Source of the DNA: Antedon mediterranea
Lineage: Eukaryota; Animalia; Echinodermata
NCBI RefSeq assembly: GCF_964355755.1
Contig: NC_092678.1
Location: 12,460,352-12,524,351 of the forward strand
Length of the DNA stretch: 64,000 bases
Direction of reading: 5' to 3'
Below are positions 1-11,897 of this stretch, one piece after another (within the stretch, counting starts at the first letter, position 1; each line of letters opens with the position of its first letter). Position numbers and translations under genes: made by a program. The notes under the pieces are model-generated. The model ran no database searches. It was not told where the DNA came from and saw only the letters and a program-made list of their open reading frames with translations.

Positions 1-561
1 TAATCGATGTGGTTATGTTTTCACGGTGCGCAATAACAAATTACGCGGTCTACGCACGATTTAACGAAATCACGTTTGTAATCATATCTTCACAACCATG
101 AATCAAAATTGAATAAAATTTGGTACTCATAAATTTCAGGGCATAAATCATCATAATGGCAATACAATTACGTGCGTAGCGCATGTAACGCATGCGTACG
201 CGCGCTTAAAATTTTCTAAATTTATTTTCGATGAAATAAGAGTACGTTTCAGGCAATTTTAAGCGTTTACAAAATTGCCATGAGTGCGCAGATTTTTGCG
301 CCCGCACTGCGCGTTAAATGTTATTGCGCACTCTTTTTGCCCGATTTCTGTTTTCTTGACTTACTTTTGAATTCGAATTTACGTTATACGAGCACGTCAA
401 AAGTGACAGGCTACACACATGTAAATTAAAAAAATATAAATGTTTTTAAACATTTCAACATTTTTAAACTTGTTCAGTAATTTCGGTCAGTTGGTAGGTT
501 GGTCGGTCGGTCGGTAAACACTAATGAGCACGTGACTGCAGCCATATATATGGCCTTGGTT
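1..561 (+). mobile_element. Non-autonomous Helentron/HINE (DINE-1-like) element, 5' part outside window
   Basis: Near-identical to 8040-8742, 15141-15663 and the reverse complement of 49394-50162. Ends with (GGTC)n microsatellite, subterminal GCACGTGACT and hairpin GCCATATATATGGC, followed by T's. Confidence 0.75.
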
Positions 562-1635
562 AAACTAATTCTATGTCACTCTGATAGTAAAATAAACACT
601 AAATACAAATTCATTTCATAATTTAATGTGCAGCAGACATACAATTAACTTAATAAAGTTTTACACATCGGATGTAGAATAACATACCGGTACTTTTTAT
701 ATTGCTATTAAGTTTAATGTATGAGTCGACATCAATGTACAAATAATTAATCTTAACGCAGTGAAATGTGTTTACAATTCAGTTTAACTAGGAGTTGCCC
801 ATGCTCTGAACAGTCATTCTTTTGTTGTTGATAAGTACCGTTTTGGATGAGGAAGTATAATAAAAACTAACTCTTTCCTGATAAAGGTTACTAAAAACAA
901 CCTGTAAAATACTACCTAATTATTTTTGGCCATTTTAACATGTTCATAGACCTACTATTTCTTCTTTTGTAAGTTACACTATAAGCTGAATGACGGAAAA
1001 TGAATACTGGATATAAAACTTTTATTGTGTTGAAATGTTACGTATAAATCACATTGCTCTGTGAATAAACAACGGTGCGCATAAGAAAATGACACACTGC
1101 ACATGCATGTCAAAAATAAATAGAAGAGAAAACGTACATGAGATGGATTTAAATAATGTTAATTGGCATTTTATGCATGTCAACACTTTAGAGTATAGAG
1201 TTGGTAATCTATTTCTGATAATAAGATGTAGAGAATTATTCTTTAACGTACGGTGATTATTACTATAACCTTATGCTACTACGTTTTTATCTGATGCATA
1301 CTCTTACCCTGAACGTCCCTACACAATTCTATGTTATTCCCGAGGTTTAAACGTTGTATTTATTAATTAGGCCAAAGAAAAAAAATTATTCTGTTGGCCA
1401 CGACCGACCAACCCTAAACTAACGAAAATGAAGGTCTGCTTTTTTTGTGAGCCAACGTGATATTCGGAATTTTGGGGGATCCAAGTTTCCAACTAAATAA
1501 ACGCTTTGATTACACAGTGGTTGAGACGCGTGTTTATTAGTTACCATATTTTTAAACACCCTCATAATTAATGAACTCTACCAATGTTGATCTGCTACAA
1601 AGAACAACAGATCGCACATCGCACGAGGTTGTTAA

Positions 1636-1730
1636 GGTTGTCGGTCGGTCTGTCGGTCTGTCGGTCTGTCTGTCGGTCCGGTATCACTATGCGTTTTAGC
1701 ACGCGACTTATAGCTGTTGGCCTTGTTTTG
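1636..1730 (+). mobile_element. Short HINE-type derivative (GTCG/GTCT microsatellite plus 3' subTIR)
   Basis: gtcggtcggtctgtc...cggtatcactatgcgttttagcacgcgact...ggccttgtt matches the ends of the larger HINE family. Confidence 0.6.
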
Positions 1731-1829
1731 TTTTACTGTACAGTACTACGATCCGATTACGAACTTTCGCCAAGCAAGTATAGGCCTATACGTTGTACCT
1801 AAGATTGTCGTAAGCTCTTTTGTTCAAAC

Positions 1830-1932
1830 TTGTTGGTTATCTGCACTTGGCGAATAACCCTTGTTATTGTCAGGATCTTTTTGTCAGTTATCCGCACTTG
1901 GCGAATAACCCCTTGTTATTGTCAGGATCTTT
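1830..1932. repeat. Direct duplication of about 52 bp
   Basis: gttatc(t/c)gcacttggcgaataaccccttgttattgtcaggatcttt occurs twice in tandem. Confidence 0.8.
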
Positions 1933-4047
1933 ATTTTTTCACGCTGCTGCTTTAGCCCGCTACGTCCCAGGAGGATGACTCATTAATAACCTGAAAGCAA
2001 GCAGCAGTTATATATCTAAGGCTGACAGTTTTGCTAAAATGTATACTCGACTATAATTTATAGGTACCTGCTGCTAGACCCAAAAAACGTCTGGGAAAAG
2101 AGTCTAACGGTTGAACGACAAATTCCAAAGCATTTCTGGTATCTATGAGTCCATGATATTATATAATACTGTAATTCGCTGTCTGATAATCATTGATTTA
2201 TTATAAAAACTGTCCATGACAGTTTTTGATTGTAATAGGACACTTTACACAAGTATTTAGGCGTGATGAAGTGAGCCCCTGACAGATAATGTAAGTATTT
2301 TTTGCTTGAAATTACATTTTTTCAGGTAAAATAACTATTATGTGACAATAAAAATAAATGAAACATTAAAAAACAAACTTGAAATAACAAATATTTTTCA
2401 GAGGGACAATAGGCTTATATCTTTAAAACTGTTACGTCAATAAGCGTGCAGCGTTTTTTTGTAAGAAATATTTCTCTTTCTTCTTTCTTTCATCGAATTT
2501 TGTTCGCAGCGTATCTCTAATTCTGGCCAACATAAGATTGTATAACTTTGTCATAAGATTGACCTGTAGCTGTAGATGTGCAAGAAACTTTGTTATATGA
2601 CGTTAGAGTCGCGTAGCGTAAGTTACGAATTCATGTGAATATTTTGCCAATAATATGTTGTGACGTCATCATATGGCCAGTTGAATAAAAAAAGTCGTAT
2701 TTTTATATTTTGCGTCATAGGTCCATCACATTTAAAATAGCGTGCATCTATATTTTACGTATTCAAATTTCTTCTACACGTTAATATGTTGTTGCTGAGA
2801 TAATGTCCTTCCAAAATTGCTATCTTAGTGTTTCATTTTGATCAATCCAATCAAAATATTATTGTTGGTGTAATCTATAGGACGCCATCTCTAGATACGA
2901 ATGCTTTTGTTGACGCTTTTGAACTCCTGTTAAATAATTTAGCAAAAACCAACAAAAAAAGTTACTTATTAGGGATTTTAACTTTGACCTACTTAAACAT
3001 CAGTCCGATAATCAATCCAACGATTTTGTTAATTCTGTCTTTAGTAATTCCTTTTTACCTATAATCAATAGACCAACTCGTATTACCTGAACATCAGCAA
3101 CATTAACTGACAACATATTAACTAATCAAATTGAACCATAAAGTCTATCATGACTTGTCTATAGTGACATTAGTGATCATTTGCCCATTTTTAACATTAC
3201 ACCCTTATCAAATATACCAAACCGTCCCAAAAAGCATGTAAGCCCTAATCATAACTACAGAAAATTTAACAAAACAAATATTTCAAACATAAAACACGAT
3301 TTTTCAAACATGAATTGGACTGGATTTTATGGTACGGATGATCCTAATATTGCTTTACTTTCATTTGAAACTGAATTTAAACGACTGTATGATAAAACAT
3401 TTTCCAATTCAAGAGCAGTCTGCATGTAAAAAAATAAAAAATAAAGACCTGGACGACGAATGAACTCTTAAATTCAATAAAGCATCAACAAAAACTGTAT
3501 TCCTAATCCCTCCGCTATCCCAATGACAAAAACATTAATGAATATAAACAATTTCGTAACTGCCTTAACTCTTTAATAAAATTAACAAAACGCGATTATT
3601 ATGAAAACAAGTTTAAGCAGAAAAAAGATAATATCAAAGGAACATGGACAATTACAAATAGATGCACTAAATTTATACACACCCTTTCTGATTTTCTTCC
3701 TATTATTTGTGGGTCCCTCAAGGTTCACTGGGCCTCTATTATTTTTATTATACATAAATGATATCCCTAATGCCTCGAATATGTTTTCGTTTCTGTTGTA
3801 TGCTGATGACACAACCCTAATTTACACTGATAAAAATGTAGATTCCCTTTTTAAAATATCAACTGAAAATCTAACCAAAATGTTAACATACTTTTCTGCA
3901 AACAAACCTTAATCTAAAGAAGTGTTGTTGTAAGGTGTTCAAATTTTCACAAATACCACTAAATACCAGTACTTTCAAATTAAAAATCAATTAATAAATA
4001 TTGTTGAGAAAACAAAATATCTAAAAGCTTTGGTATCATAAATAGAA

Positions 4048-4894
4048 CTAGCAATTATACTCGACCCAGGGATAATTAAAATACTTTAACATTTTCCTAC
4101 CACAATTCTGGTCAATTTACCCCTAACCTAAGCAAACTCCTCACTATCCCCTGAACCCCCCCCCCCCCCCCCCCCCACACACAACTCTCCCACCAAATCC
4201 CCAGACTTTTTGAAATGTAGTTTCAAACTTTTCCGGTACAATTACGATCATTTTGATACCCCATGTATGGTTACATGCAGAAACAGAAATTTGTATAACG
4301 CACAAACATCGAATGTGGGGAAAAGTGGGCCATTTTGACCACATTTTGGGCCCTAAATTGGAGCCTAGATGGCGGATGATGTTCATAATAATAGTTTAGA
4401 ACTTGGCCGGAAAAATTACGGTCATTTTGATGCCCAATAAGTAAGGTTATGTGCAGTAACAAAGATTTGTATAACGAACAGACAGACAGACAGACAAACG
4501 TACAAACTCTCTCACTTATAATATACCGTAAAACCTCGAAAAGAAGCCCATGGGCTTCTTCTTTTTTTAGTGCTCTTGGATGGGCTTCTTTTCGAGAGTA
4601 CTTTTGCAAACTGTAGAGGGGAGCTTCTTTTCGAAATGAATGCTGTAAATTTTGTGAATTTCTACTACAATAATGTGTCTTTTGAGACATTTTTTCAACC
4701 ATGAAATTATGTTTAATATACCAATTAAAAAACAATATAAAAAGCGAAAAAACAGTCCTATGATTCACCGTCAAATACAATAATTTCGTCATCATCTCAA
4801 TACAGTATGAGTAGTCTGTCTCGAAATGAAGCCAATAATGGGCTTCTTTTCGAGGTTTAAGCCCATGAGCTTCTTTTCGAGGTTTTACGGTAGA
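4048..4894 (-). mobile_element. Non-autonomous Helitron with (TGTC)n microsatellite
   Basis: On the minus strand it starts TC(TATA) at 4894 and ends CTAG at 4048, between host A and T with no TSD. Removing it restores the LINE frame SKSFGIINR-ISSFIPQNILRILY. Confidence 0.8.
4526..4890. mobile_element. Tc1/mariner-pogo-type MITE nested in the Helitron
   Basis: TA|CCGTAAAACCTCGAAAAGAAGCCCATGGGCTT ... AAGCCCATGAGCTTCTTTTCGAGGTTTTACGG|TA: about 32-bp TIR and a TA target duplication. Confidence 0.9.
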
Positions 4895-6059
4895 TATCAT
4901 CTTTCATCCCTCAAAACATACTCCGCATTCTTTACTGTTCATTAATCCTCCCTTACTTCACTTACTGTAATATTAGTTTGGTTAATACATACCCATCCTA
5001 CTTAAACAAACTGTTATTGATCTAAAAGAAAACCGTAAGATACATAGTAAATGCTCCTCTCTTATCCCATTCCAATCATTTATTTTTTTCATTTGTCTTC
5101 TTAAAATTCAGAATATTAATCATCTTCAACAAAGTGTTTTTTTTTTATTCATGGCTAAACTCGATCTTTCCATCACACTTTGATGATTTATTTAGTATCA
5201 ATCTTAAATTTCATAATCACAAAACTCGGAGCACAAATCAAATACGTATTCCTTTTTCTATAATTCTTCTATAATTGTCCAAAATTTAAGCTCTGCCTTT
5301 CTGAATAGTGTAGGCATCGGCCTAGTCTATTGTTAGGTGAGTTATAAAAAATGATGAATGTCGTATTATTCGTGCAATTATACAGATAATTTATTTTGTT
5401 CTGTTCTCCCCTGATTATATACAATTTATATACATAATTTAATTTATATACATTTAATATTCTATGTAAATAAATTGAAATGTCAATATTGGTTTATTCC
5501 AGTAACTTACACATAATATATAAGGCATGCTCAAAACTTAACCAAGTTTTCAATCTAAATAATCTAAATAGCTCTACATGTATTACATTATAATACTATG
5601 ACAAAGTTTGCACGTTTGTTCGCCATATAAATGTAGGCCTACACATCTATGGTGTATCAACACGTTGTTATGTAAAAACAGAAATACTGTAGCCTAATTA
5701 TCAGAAAGTATTACTTATTAGAAATATTACAAGTATCGTTATCATAGCATAGAAATCTAGATTTAAAATACATTTCGTAATCAGTCACATAATCTGTAAA
5801 GATAAACGGATTTTTCTACAAACAGTTTTAAGTTTAAAATAATCAATGATTACCTACATATAAAAGCCTCACAAATTCACATTATAATATTTTGATATTG
5901 AAAACTTTCCATAAACAGTATTTGTTGACAAAGTCTAGTTATTGACATGAACTGAACCACGCTTGTTCCGATCCTCGCTATTCTACCTACGCTCCAGTGA
6001 AGCATGAAGTGAAAGTATAATACATTTATTAATCCAAGTCTGGCAGAAAAAAAGCAAAC

Positions 6060-9000
6060 TTAGCAACATGGAAACCTATAAATGCCATTGTATATGCCTT
6101 TCCTGCTTGATGACATGACTCGACCATTTCTTTTTATTGCAAGAAAACGAGCAGGCTTCATGCTACTGGTACTGTTGCTGATGTTTGCTTTACGCATATT
6201 ACTGTATGCTATACCAACTCTAAATTGTTCAAAAGATTGATATAGCCTGAAACACGAATGTTCAATGTGGTATTCCCGCCATAAAATATCAAAATTGTTT
6301 TGGTTAAGTGTTACATGTGGTGCATTCTGTAAGAAAAATAATATTACTATCCTTTAAGTCAAGATAAATGATACTTATTTCCTAAAATACCACACAAATA
6401 AAACAGGATAGTAGTGATAAGCTACCGTATTTATTCAAATAAACGAATAAACGCCACCCTCGAATAAACTCCCCATAGAACATCATTTAATAAACACCCC
6501 TTGAATAAAAGGCCGGGCGTTTATTTAGTTCCTCGAATAAATCGCCGCCAGATGCATATATGTACATTATTATGTTTTAGTTAATTTCTATGTGTAGTAG
6601 AATTCATGTTTGATTTACTTGATCTAAAATTTACCAAGCATTTTTTACTCGTATTTATTTATTACTTCTAGATTTTAATTGTGTTGTATTTTTCATATAT
6701 AGAGGGTATTTATTTGATTATACATGTTACCACATTACACCCCATAAAATAAATGCCTACTCCCTCTATTAAACAACCCAATCCCACGATTAAAGGATCC
6801 CCACCCACAAAAAACTCTCCTGAATAGACGCCCGGGGGAGTTTATTTGAATAAACGAGTACATAGCTTAAGCGTGAATGGGAATAGGCTGTATCAAGTAT
6901 CTGATACGTCGATAAATAACAATTTCGGGAGCCACCAACAACAACAACAAGACCATGTACATGGCTGCTCAAGTTAGTGTTTACCGACCGACCGATCAAC
7001 CGTCCGACATAGTGAGGTGTAGAGTCGCGTTGCACAAACTAAAAATGGTGATTAAAGATATTGAGAAAGGTATGTACTCGATAATACAACGGTGAGTAAT
7101 TTATGAGCTTATGATGAGATTAGGGCACATTGATGTTAGGTTTTGCATACCCGGCGGCGAAATGAAACCTAACAACTAGTATTTACAAATTACGCAAGAA
7201 TTAATTAAATATGTTGTACCCCAATCAATTTTAGTGCTTTTATATAATTGTTTTATTTTGCCTCATATTTCATTTGCATTAGAAGCTTGGGGTAACACTT
7301 ATAAAACTCATTTAAAACCAGTATATTTAACACAAAAACGTATTATACGCACATTGACTTATTCTGATAGACTAGCACCAACATCATTATTATTCAAAGA
7401 ACTTAAAATTTTAAATATTTATCAGCAGCATCAGTATTTAATTACTTTATTTGTTCATGATAGTTTACATGGTAAATTTCCAGATACAACTCCTAAATAT
7501 TTTTTGTATATTAATTTTCGTTATTCATCAAGGTCTCAGACTAGAGAAAAGTTGTATGTACCAAAATATAGAACAAACATAGGACAACATTCCATCAAGT
7601 ATTCTGGTGCAAAGCTCTGGAATGAAATCCCGGATGATTTAAGGTTTCTAACAAAAAGCAAATTCAAAAAAGAAATGAAAACATACTATTTGTTTGTATA
7701 GTGATATTTATTTATTTTATAAGAGAATTATATTGTATATATTTGAGAGAAAGTGTATTTAAAAAAAAAAAAAAAATGTTTATGTATATTAATTTTATTT
7801 TAGACAAGTAGCCCTTATTTATTTATATAACTATTATACTTCAATGTTTAGGGGCTGAACTTGATTAGTTTTAACTATTTTTTAGCCCTTCCCTTGATAT
7901 AATTATTATTATCTGTATATTATTACAATGTTTATAATTTATATTTATGGGTAAATAAAGAAAGAAAGAAAAGAAAGAAAGAAAGAAATAAGATAAGAGT
8001 TTGTATTTAAAATGTTAGCATAATTAGCAATAGTAACTATTTTTAGTCGCGTGCAACACGGCTCTACAGCTCACTATGTCGGTCGGTCTGTCGGTTGGTC
8101 GTTCGGTTAACACTAACTTGTATATGGCATTATCTTAATATCAGTTTCATCTAGCTAAGTCAATTTTTAAGAGTATATTCCTTATCGCCAGGACTCGACG
8201 TGGTTATGTTTTTTACGGTGCGCAATCAAAAATTACGCGGTCTACGCACGATTTAACGAAATCACTTTTGTAATCATATTTTCACAAACATGAATCACAA
8301 TTAAATACAATTTGGTACTCATAAATTTCAGGTCATATTTCATCATATATATCGTGTGTAGCGTATATAACGCATGCGTACGCGCGCTTAAAATTTTCTA
8401 AATTGTCAAATTTATTTTCGATGAAATTAGAGTACGTTTCAGGCAATTTTAAGCGTTGAAAAAATTGCAATGAGTGCGCAGATTTTTACACGCGCACTGC
8501 ACGTTAAACGTTAATACGCACTCTTTTGCCCGATTTATGTTTTACAACCTTTCTTTAATAATGTCATCATATTTGATTCACTTTCCAACTCGAAATTAAG
8601 TTATACGAGCACGTTAAATGTGACAGTCTACGCACGTGTAAATTAAAAAAATATAAAGGTTTTTAAACATTTTCAACATTTTTAATGCAATTTCGGTCGG
8701 TTGGTCGGTCGGTCTAACTGCAACCATGTATATGGCCTTGTTATAAAATACTGTACTATTAAATCACAAGAAAATAAAATATCACGACATTATTACGCTG
8801 CAAAATGAAATGGTGGCTTAGTGGTTTAGATATCATTGTACAAGTTGAAATCCTGTCAGTTGTCAGGATTTGTGTTGGTACAATCATTGATGTATAGTTA
8901 ATTAAAGATATATTGACCAAACCCCCACCCCATCCCCCCCCCCCCTTTACAAATTAATTCTGGTTTTTTTTTAATATGCAGTTTTATTAATCTTCTTCTG

Positions 9001-9826
9001 CATGTTTTTGGGGGACAATACATTTACTTGTTAACAGTGGTTGTTAATTCTCATTTCAGATTGATACGTACCTCTCGTACAGAAATCCTTCCATTTGTGT
9101 TCATTGATAAGTAACGATTGGTACCAAGACCCTTGATGACAAACAAGTTTGGACCAACAACTGAAACTGCGAGCCGAACTGTAAACAAAACGCACATTAC
9201 TAAAATGATCAATTAAAATAAATTATACAGGAATTTCATTATTTAATACAAGTTAGGCACATTATTAAGATACTTTTTTTTATTGAATCTATTTGTCATC
9301 TCATTATAAACATAAGATAAAATACATTTATATAAAATAAATACATATTATACATCTTCAAAAATAAAACACAAGGCGGGAATTATGAATACATGAGATG
9401 CATTTAACTAAATACCAATGTGGTCCCTAAGATGTGGTCCCTGTGACCGACTGCATTTATTACGTTATACATGTCTTTGAAAAAATCTATGATAATATTC
9501 AACAATATGTTTGCTATTTATTTACCATGGTTGTCTCTACAATTCCGTGTACCAGTAACACGTCCGTCGGGTCCAATCCGAAGAAAATATCCTGTACTTG
9601 AAAATAACTTTATACTATGCACGTTGTCGTTTTGATGTATTTCTGTGTAGTTTAAGTCGTCTTTTAGAATTTCAGCTTGATCTTTTTGGTAGTTTAAATG
9701 ATCGTAATACAAAGTTTCATTAAAATCAGTTTCAATATTGCTTTGAGCCAGTTGACATTTGCCAGTCTGCATCGTTAGAATCAAAGAACAAACCCACAGC
9801 AAACGTATCTTCTTTACTGAAGGCAT
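6060..9826 (-). CDS. Fibroblast growth factor family protein (divergent, 3 coding exons, 224 aa, signal peptide)
   Basis: Exons 9826-9526 (MPSVKKIRLLWVCSLILTM...IKLFSSTGYFLRIGPDGRVTGT, phase 1), 9178-9072 (107 nt, VRLAVSVVGPNLFVIKGLGTNRYLSMNTNGRI, phase 0) and 6326-6060 (DILWREYH...RLYQS...RFLAIKRNGRV...PCC*). All introns GT-AG, in frame, at the classic FGF intron positions. Confidence 0.9.
6425..6858. mobile_element. Degenerate MITE (TA-CCGTATTTATTCAAATAAAC termini), in FGF intron 2
   Basis: Left end taccgtatttattcaaataaac and right end gtttatttgaataaacgagta are imperfect inverted repeats, with internal GAATAAACGCC repeats. A related segment lies at about 26955-27280. Confidence 0.6.
6945..7045 (-). 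mobile_element. Short HINE-type element (ends only)
   Basis: Reverse complement of both termini of the 8040-8742 family joined across a (CCGA)n tract. Confidence 0.65.
7180..7990 (+). mobile_element. 5'-truncated CR1/L2-type LINE (ORF2 C-terminus, 3' UTR, (AAAG)n tail) in FGF intron 2
   Basis: ORF 7234-7701 LYNCFILPHISF...WGNT...QKRIIR...YSGAKLWNEIP is typical of the CR1/L2 ORF2 end. Simple-repeat tail at 7955-7990. Confidence 0.85.
8040..8742 (+). mobile_element. Near full-length non-autonomous Helentron/HINE element
   Basis: 5' TTTTTAGTCGCGTGCAAC subTIR, (GTCG)n tracts at both ends and 3' hairpin CCATGTATATGG. Multi-copy in this window. Confidence 0.75.
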
Positions 9827-10185
9827 TATACAGCAGTATGACAAACCTATAAAAGTATAGAGCTTGTATACACAATGTTTTTTTTTCTTATTGCAAGTGC
9901 TTATACGTGATTGGTTGCTTTTTATAGAAATGCTAAATGCAGGGCTTTCAATTTTTCAAATAAAACAAATGTGAAGATTGACCGTGTGGGTTATTCATTT
10001 GGCAAGTGAATACTCTCTTTTAAGTAGCTATGTGAAACTAATTGTGTTGCGTAGCACTGTGTAAATTATATATAAATCATACTGTAAATTCTAGAAGCAG
10101 TGCTCATATTCGGAACATGATCTCATAATCGCGTCGAGCATAGCTCATTCGCGAAAGTTCCGTATTTTTTAGTTTTATGAAAAAA

Positions 10186-10257
10186 TGTCTCTGGCGGGAT
10201 TCGAACCTGCAACCTCTCGCTTACAGGGCGAGTATCATACCACTAGACTACAGAGCC
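10186..10257 (-). pseudogene. tRNA-like sequence (tRNA-Pro-like body, TGT at the anticodon position, C33); probable tRNA pseudogene or SINE head
   Basis: GGCTCTG TAGTCTAGTGGTATGATA CTCGC CCTGTAA GCGAG AGGTT GCAGG TTCGAAT CCCGC CAGAGAC A then TTTTTT. A and B boxes intact, with single mismatches in the acceptor and T stems. Confidence 0.7.
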
Positions 10258-11897
10258 ATATATGGTATTTTCACAGATTTTCACCCACCAGATACATTCT
10301 CTCATGCAACAAACGCCCTCACAATCAGTAGAGGCCTAACAAGTCAGAATTTTAACTTTAATTCGCAACGGTTTTTAGAAATAATCTCGTCGAGCATAGT
10401 TCATTGTGTAGGCCTACACATGTACACATATACCTCCATGGTTCACGTAAAAGTAAAGGCCTTCAATAATAGTTAAATTACTAAAACAAATTGTAGTTCA
10501 CGTAAAGTAAATGCATTTAATCAACATAATTGATTAGTTGAATATCTAAAACAAATTAATTGCAGTAGGCCTAGTTCACGATACGTTGAACCACTAAAAT
10601 ATTTGTATTTAATATTGAATGTCGCCACCAACGGCCATTTTGCTGGATGTGAACAACAGCGCGATTGTGTGAAAATAACCCTGTGATATCCACAAATTTT
10701 GCTAGGCAACGCTAAATTTTGTCGTAAAAGAAAAAAATGGAACAGAAGCGTAGTACTGAAAACTAATGTTATCAGATCTACGTTTCGCGGTACATCTAAG
10801 ATAGATAAGGTAGGTATCCAAGGCGGAGATTTGTACCGAAGTTTTTAAAAATGGCATGTTGCACAAGAAATTATGCGCGCACGCGAATTTGAAAATTGAA
10901 AAAATGCGACAAATCAATTTTCTGTACGTTTCTGGTTATTTTGAGCATTTCAAAATTCTCAATATTTTTGGCGTATTGCGCACATTTTTTTCGCGCATCG
11001 CACGTAAGTAACGTAGAAATGTTTACCTTGATTTCAGCTCTTTACCTCTTCTGTTCAATTCTATTCATTTCCATGAACTTCAAATGCATAATAACAACAC
11101 AGGTGCACGTCAAAGTTTAAAATCGTGCGCTCGGAATTAATTCAAATTTATGTCAAAATATACCGTACCTATTTTGGATCTATTATAGCTCCTCGGGGTG
11201 AAAGGTGACCAATTGTTGTAATTTATTATGGAACAGTTGTAGATATGAAATTCATATAAAATATTGGTCGATCGGATGTGGTGACCTCATCATATTGCCA
11301 CCGGAATTTAAATAAAAATATTTTTCTCTGTTTCTTCATAGATCACCACATCAAACAGAGCGCATTGCACTCATGCATGCTCTATTGTATTCTAAAATTG
11401 TTGATATGCTTGTTGTTAATCAATTATCTATCGTATGTGTTACCGCCATTTTATTTTGGTGATGTCATAAAATTTGAAACGTGGGTCACGAAATTTCAAC
11501 TATACAATATATATAAATAATTATAGCTCCTCCAAATAAAAAGTAACCTTCGTGTTTTCAACTGCCATGGAAGCTGTTGAATCCTAGATATGAATTTATG
11601 TAAAAATGTTTCATATCGGATGTCGTTACGTCATCATAATGTTTAGTCTTTTTTTTAATTAAAAAAGTAGTATTTTTATAAGTTTCCTCATAGTTTAACA
11701 CATTCAAATGAGTGCGTATCCAGGTCTACGTACCAGATTTTCCTCCAAAATGTTAATACATGTTGTTGATAGACGATGTCTTTCGAAACTTTTATCTTCA
11801 TGTTTCATTTTAATGACTTTATCATGGTAAACCTTAGAATTTAATTGTGTCCCGTTTTTTTCACCTATGTACAGTCACATATGTAAGAAAAACTAGC

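Larger units (their letters stand above)
2830..5260 (+). mobile_element. Decayed, internally deleted CR1/L2-type LINE ORF2 (APE endonuclease + RT), interrupted by a Helitron
   Basis: Endonuclease motifs IIVGVIYR-P, N-PTRIT...DNI and SDHLPI (2850-3190). RT motif GPLLFLLYINDIP...LLYADDTTL (3730-3820). C-terminal RILYCSLILPY resumes after 4895. Many stops and frameshifts. Confidence 0.85.

Noticed and set aside
1944-2008. Hairpin ctgctgcttt...aaagcaagcagcag as SECIS or ribozyme
   Set aside because: Spacing does not fit SECIS, there is no hammerhead core, and no selenoprotein ORF is nearby.
4271-4900. 209-aa minus-strand ORF
   Set aside because: Spans a MITE and a Helitron; the KPRKEAH repeats come from TIR sub-repeats.
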